From Candidatus Sumerlaeota bacterium (GTDB lineage: Bacteria > Sumerlaeota > Sumerlaeia > Sumerlaeales > Sumerlaeaceae): 64,000 nt of DNA. A model generated the notes under the pieces. The model ran no database searches. It was not told the DNA's origin and was given only the letters and a program-made list of their open reading frames with translations. The stretch is taken from the NCBI GenBank assembly GCA_017161655.1, contig JADFCV010000002.1, positions 218,778 through 282,777 of the forward strand. Reading direction: 5' to 3'. The stretch's first letter is position 1, and each line of letters opens with the position of its first letter. This document shows positions 60,873 to 64,000 of this stretch, one piece after another. The position numbers and the translations under genes were made by a program.

Positions 60873-61273
60873 GCCCACGAATCCGGCCATGTTCGGCGCT
60901 ACGGCGCAAAGCTTTCCTCCCAGCGAATCTGAGAATGGAAGAGAGGCGTGTTGGGCTCTTCCCCTCCCCAATGAAACGAGGCGAGTGCGAAATTTCGTGG
61001 CCACGAACACTAGGTCCCTGCTCTCCACGCCCGTCAAAGGGGCCAAACTCGCGGTCCGCGAACAAAGCCGGCCCCCTTCATTCTTTAAAGGGCAAAGTGC
61101 GGTTTCGTTGTTGGAAATCTCATCAACGCGGGGAATGCCGCCTCAACCATCCGAATGAACTGCGAGAACAGTCACTTGGCGAAGCTGTTTCCCCAATATC
61201 TGAGTAGACACTGCATCTCACGGACCTACTGCTCTACGGCCTAGAGCAAGGGATGTAACCCGGAAGTTGCTCT

Positions 61274-63307
61274 CTAAAGCTCAGCTGTAAGTTCACTCTG
61301 TGGGCCCATCACGATTCGGAATTTGATGGGCTTGTTTTCTGCTACCATAGCCCACATCATTGCCATCTGCTCAAGTTGGACGTCAGGTGGCACCCGTTCG
61401 CTTTTTCCCATGAGAATCTCTTGCACCTGGAGCTCATAAGCAACGCGTGCAATTGCGAACCAGCTATTATTGGATGGGATCACGAGCGGTTTCACCGCGA
61501 CACCATATTTTTCTGCCAGCTCAACGACTCTCGTGAACAAAAGCTCCTCATCTCGTGTGAACACGTGCTCAAAGCTCTGTTCGCCCTTCTCAACTTTGAC
61601 TGAGATCACGATGACTTCGGTGTCGCGCGCAACAGCTTCCTCCAGTGCGACTTTCAGGTGCTGCAAGTTGTTAGGATCCCTGGCTGGTACGAGCACTCGC
61701 GCTTTCCCCTCTTCGAGATCAATAATGTCTGCTGAGATCTCGCTTTTGCGCTCGAGTGCAAACTTTTCTTTGTGCTCGTGTTCAATTCCCGCTTTGCGCC
61801 GACGCCGTACCGTTAACCACTCGGAAAGGGTGAACAGCGCAAAGAAAGCAGTTGTGAACGACACTCCGGAAATCGTCGCGAGCTGTTTTGTAAGCAGGTT
61901 CGTAAAAGCCACGGCCACAAGCACCAGGGTCACAGCACCTAGTCCGAGAGGGATCTCTACGCCCCCAATTCTGGGGTTTAGTGGCACTCGCCATGTGCGC
62001 TCGCCTTTATACTTAAAGCGAAGAATCAGCATGGACACAGCCATGAATGTAAAGCTCCACACGACGCCGAACGCATAGGCTTCCCCCAAAAGAGTGACAT
62101 CACCACGGCTTGCAAGTATAACGGCGATTTGCAACGCTGTGATGAGATTTAAAATGCGATAAGTCGTTCCGTAGCGGCTATGTGGCTGCCTAAACCAGTC
62201 GTCGAGAATTCCGTCTTCAGCTACACGATTCAGTACACCATTGGACCCAATGAGCGAGGTGTTGACGGCTCCTGACAGAATCATTGCTCCTACGCCCACG
62301 ACAAAAGCTGTCATCAGCAGTTTCAAGGGAGTCGGTCCAGCTAGGTGCTTCACAAGCTCATTCAGTAAGTTGTCGCCAGCCGTCTTGCGAATCTCGTCAG
62401 GAACCAACATCACCGAGGCGAAAGAGGTGAAGCCAGTAAATGAGACGGAAAAGACAAAAATCACGATCGCAGCCCTGATCAAGTTCTTGTGCTTGGGCGC
62501 TTCAATTTCGCGGTAAACTTGGGCCAACGTCTCCTCCCCGCTCATTGCCAGCAAGCTGTGTCCAAAAGCCACCACGAACACAGCCAGCCCCATGGTTCGC
62601 ACCCACGGCACGTCTTTGAGCCATCCAAGCGCGTGGTCCTCAAGGACAGGTTTCAACGGTGGTAGTTGGACTGGCCGAAGCCACATGGTCACGAGCGACC
62701 ACAAAATGAGAATCGCGACCATGACTGCGGTCACGATCATGATTTTCAGCGCTTTGTCGCTGCTTTCCTCGATCCCCTTAATGTTGAGCCACCAGAAATA
62801 AAGAGTCACGGCGATGGCAAAGGCGCTTGCAAAAATATGCGGGGCTACCGAAACCGAAAATCCAAGCTGCTGCCCAGCAAACTCAATGAGCCCACGCAAA
62901 TAGTGGCCGGCAGAGACGGCGGAGATGGGACCTGTAAGCACAAAATCGAAAACTAGCGCCGACACTGCAACTTTCGCCATGAAATGGCCCATGGCTTCGC
63001 GGACAATACGATAAACCCCGCCTCGCACGAACATCGAGCAGCTCTCAACGTAAACGGCCCGCACACATGCCGAAAAGAGCATGACCATCAGAATAAACCA
63101 TGGGGCCGCCTTGCCTATCGCATGCTCGGCTATTCCGCCAATATAATACGCTGTGCTTGCTAGGTCGTTGAGAACAACTGCTGCAGCATGCCAGAAGGAA
63201 ATAAAGGTTAGCATCGCCGTGGTAAGAACCACCACGCGCGTGCCTTTTCCGGAGCCACCGGGCCTAACGTGAGGTCCCTCACCGTGCGATTTCGCGGTCT
63301 CTGTCAT
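61274..63307 (-). CDS. APC-superfamily permease, KimA/YdaO-like K+ transporter with C-terminal cytoplasmic domain
   Basis: About 12 TMs; NDLASTAYY, GGVY, DFVLT, SGEE, YAFGV resemble KimA/KUP motifs; USP-like C-terminus; c-di-AMP riboswitch upstream. Confidence 0.82.
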   Translation of the reverse strand: MTETAKSHGEGPHVRPGGSGKGTRVVVLTTAMLTFISFWHAAAVVLNDLASTAYYIGGIAEHAIGKAAPWFILMVMLFSACVRAVYVESCSMFVRGGVYRIVREAMGHFMAKVAVSALVFDFVLTGPISAVSAGHYLRGLIEFAGQQLGFSVSVAPHIFASAFAIAVTLYFWWLNIKGIEESSDKALKIMIVTAVMVAILILWSLVTMWLRPVQLPPLKPVLEDHALGWLKDVPWVRTMGLAVFVVAFGHSLLAMSGEETLAQVYREIEAPKHKNLIRAAIVIFVFSVSFTGFTSFASVMLVPDEIRKTAGDNLLNELVKHLAGPTPLKLLMTAFVVGVGAMILSGAVNTSLIGSNGVLNRVAEDGILDDWFRQPHSRYGTTYRILNLITALQIAVILASRGDVTLLGEAYAFGVVWSFTFMAVSMLILRFKYKGERTWRVPLNPRIGGVEIPLGLGAVTLVLVAVAFTNLLTKQLATISGVSFTTAFFALFTLSEWLTVRRRRKAGIEHEHKEKFALERKSEISADIIDLEEGKARVLVPARDPNNLQHLKVALEEAVARDTEVIVISVKVEKGEQSFEHVFTRDEELLFTRVVELAEKYGVAVKPLVIPSNNSWFAIARVAYELQVQEILMGKSERVPPDVQLEQMAMMWAMVAENKPIKFRIVMGPQSELTAEL

Positions 63308-63557
63308 TGTTTACAAGCTCCTGATTCTCAATCCATGAACGGAATTCAGACGGGTGCGGCAACGCAAGGGCCGCGGGGGAGACAACATACGAGAGTTCCT
63401 GAGTTCGTAGGGGGGTATGAAGCTGGATAGACAGCGCGCTACCCCGGCGAGGTTCGCCACCGTCGTCACAAGAGTGAGGATCCATAGATTCGACTGTTGT
63501 CTTCTCCAAAGATTCTAATTCGCAAACCCTTAGGAGAAGCCATCACAAGCGCTTCTC

Positions 63558-63674
63558 GGTGCCTACGAGGTTAGCTGACGGGCTCGGCGAGAGAAGCCTT
63601 GCCTATGCGCGTTACTGCCACGCAATTCGCCCCACGTTCTGGGTCCCCCGTTCAGCTTCAAGCTGATTCGGCAT
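63558..63674 (-). ncRNA. c-di-AMP riboswitch (ydaO/yuaA class)
   Basis: Minus strand GCCGAATC-agcttgaagctg-AACGGGGGACCCA-gaacg-TGGGGCGAAT...GCCGAGCCCGTCAGCTAACCTCGTAGGC matches the ydaO consensus blocks; lies upstream of a YdaO-like gene. Confidence 0.93.
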
Positions 63675-63735
63675 TTTCCAGTCCCAAGTTACGCAAGAGC
63701 TCACTTCCCTATTCAGCTGCCGATCTTGCCCCGCA

Positions 63736-64000
63736 TCAAGATTCCAGATCTGCTGCGGTGTTTAGTTTGTCGGCAAGCACGGTGAGCACATTTTGCGACA
63801 CTTCGGCAAAGCCTCCATCAACCAGATACTCGTTTACGGAATCATCGGTCTCGTGAATAACCATTTTCCCTTTTCCGAGAGCCGCAACAAGAGGCGCGTG
63901 ATGAGCAAGGACTCCGAAATACCCTTCCGCACCCGGCAGCGTCACACTTAAGACATCACGATTGAGAACCTCTGCCTCCTGAGTGTACACCACAAGACGA
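63736..64000 (-). CDS. atpC: F1F0 ATP synthase epsilon subunit (start beyond the window end)
   Basis: V.LPGAEGYFGVLAHHAPLVAAL..G, VDGGFAEV..N.LTVLAD. Confidence 0.92.
   Translation of the reverse strand, partial: RLVVYTQEAEVLNRDVLSVTLPGAEGYFGVLAHHAPLVAALGKGKMVIHETDDSVNEYLVDGGFAEVSQNVLTVLADKLNTAADLES

Noticed and set aside
60873-61273. 400-nt gap between convergent genes as a possible ncRNA (6S, SRP, tmRNA, RNase P)
   Set aside because: No diagnostic motifs recognised by eye; an Rfam scan would be needed to exclude it.
63279-63509. 76-aa ORF in the riboswitch leader
   Set aside because: TTG start without SD, no protein-like features; region better explained as UTR.

Overview
Chromosomal, mostly housekeeping window from a diderm bacterium (LolC/E-LolD, a GT9 heptosyltransferase-type enzyme, MsbA-like exporters). 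It holds about 48 CDS, two tRNAs (Leu-TAG, Ser-TGA), a c-di-AMP (ydaO/yuaA) riboswitch upstream of a KimA-like K+ transporter, and several intrinsic terminators. I saw no CRISPR array, rRNA, integrase, transposase or phage gene. Normally conserved operons are broken up: atpG is alone and overlaps birA-coaX, a short atpC lies about 50 kb away, ftsQ-ftsA have no adjacent ftsZ or mur genes, and yggS and proC are divergent. Best candidates for novelty: (1) an LMW-phosphatase-fold protein lacking the catalytic Cys, fused to an acidic tract, three AT-hooks and a histone-H1-like tail, downstream of an atypical receiver protein; (2) an MsbA-like exporter with a STAS-like insert in its first extracytoplasmic loop; (3) a minimal type IV filament cluster with a PilC/GspF fused to a multi-TM domain; (4) a UshA-fold protein with CxC and altered metal ligands; (5) a heparinase II/III-DUF362-CapK glycan module. 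All calls come from reading motifs by eye; no searches were run.
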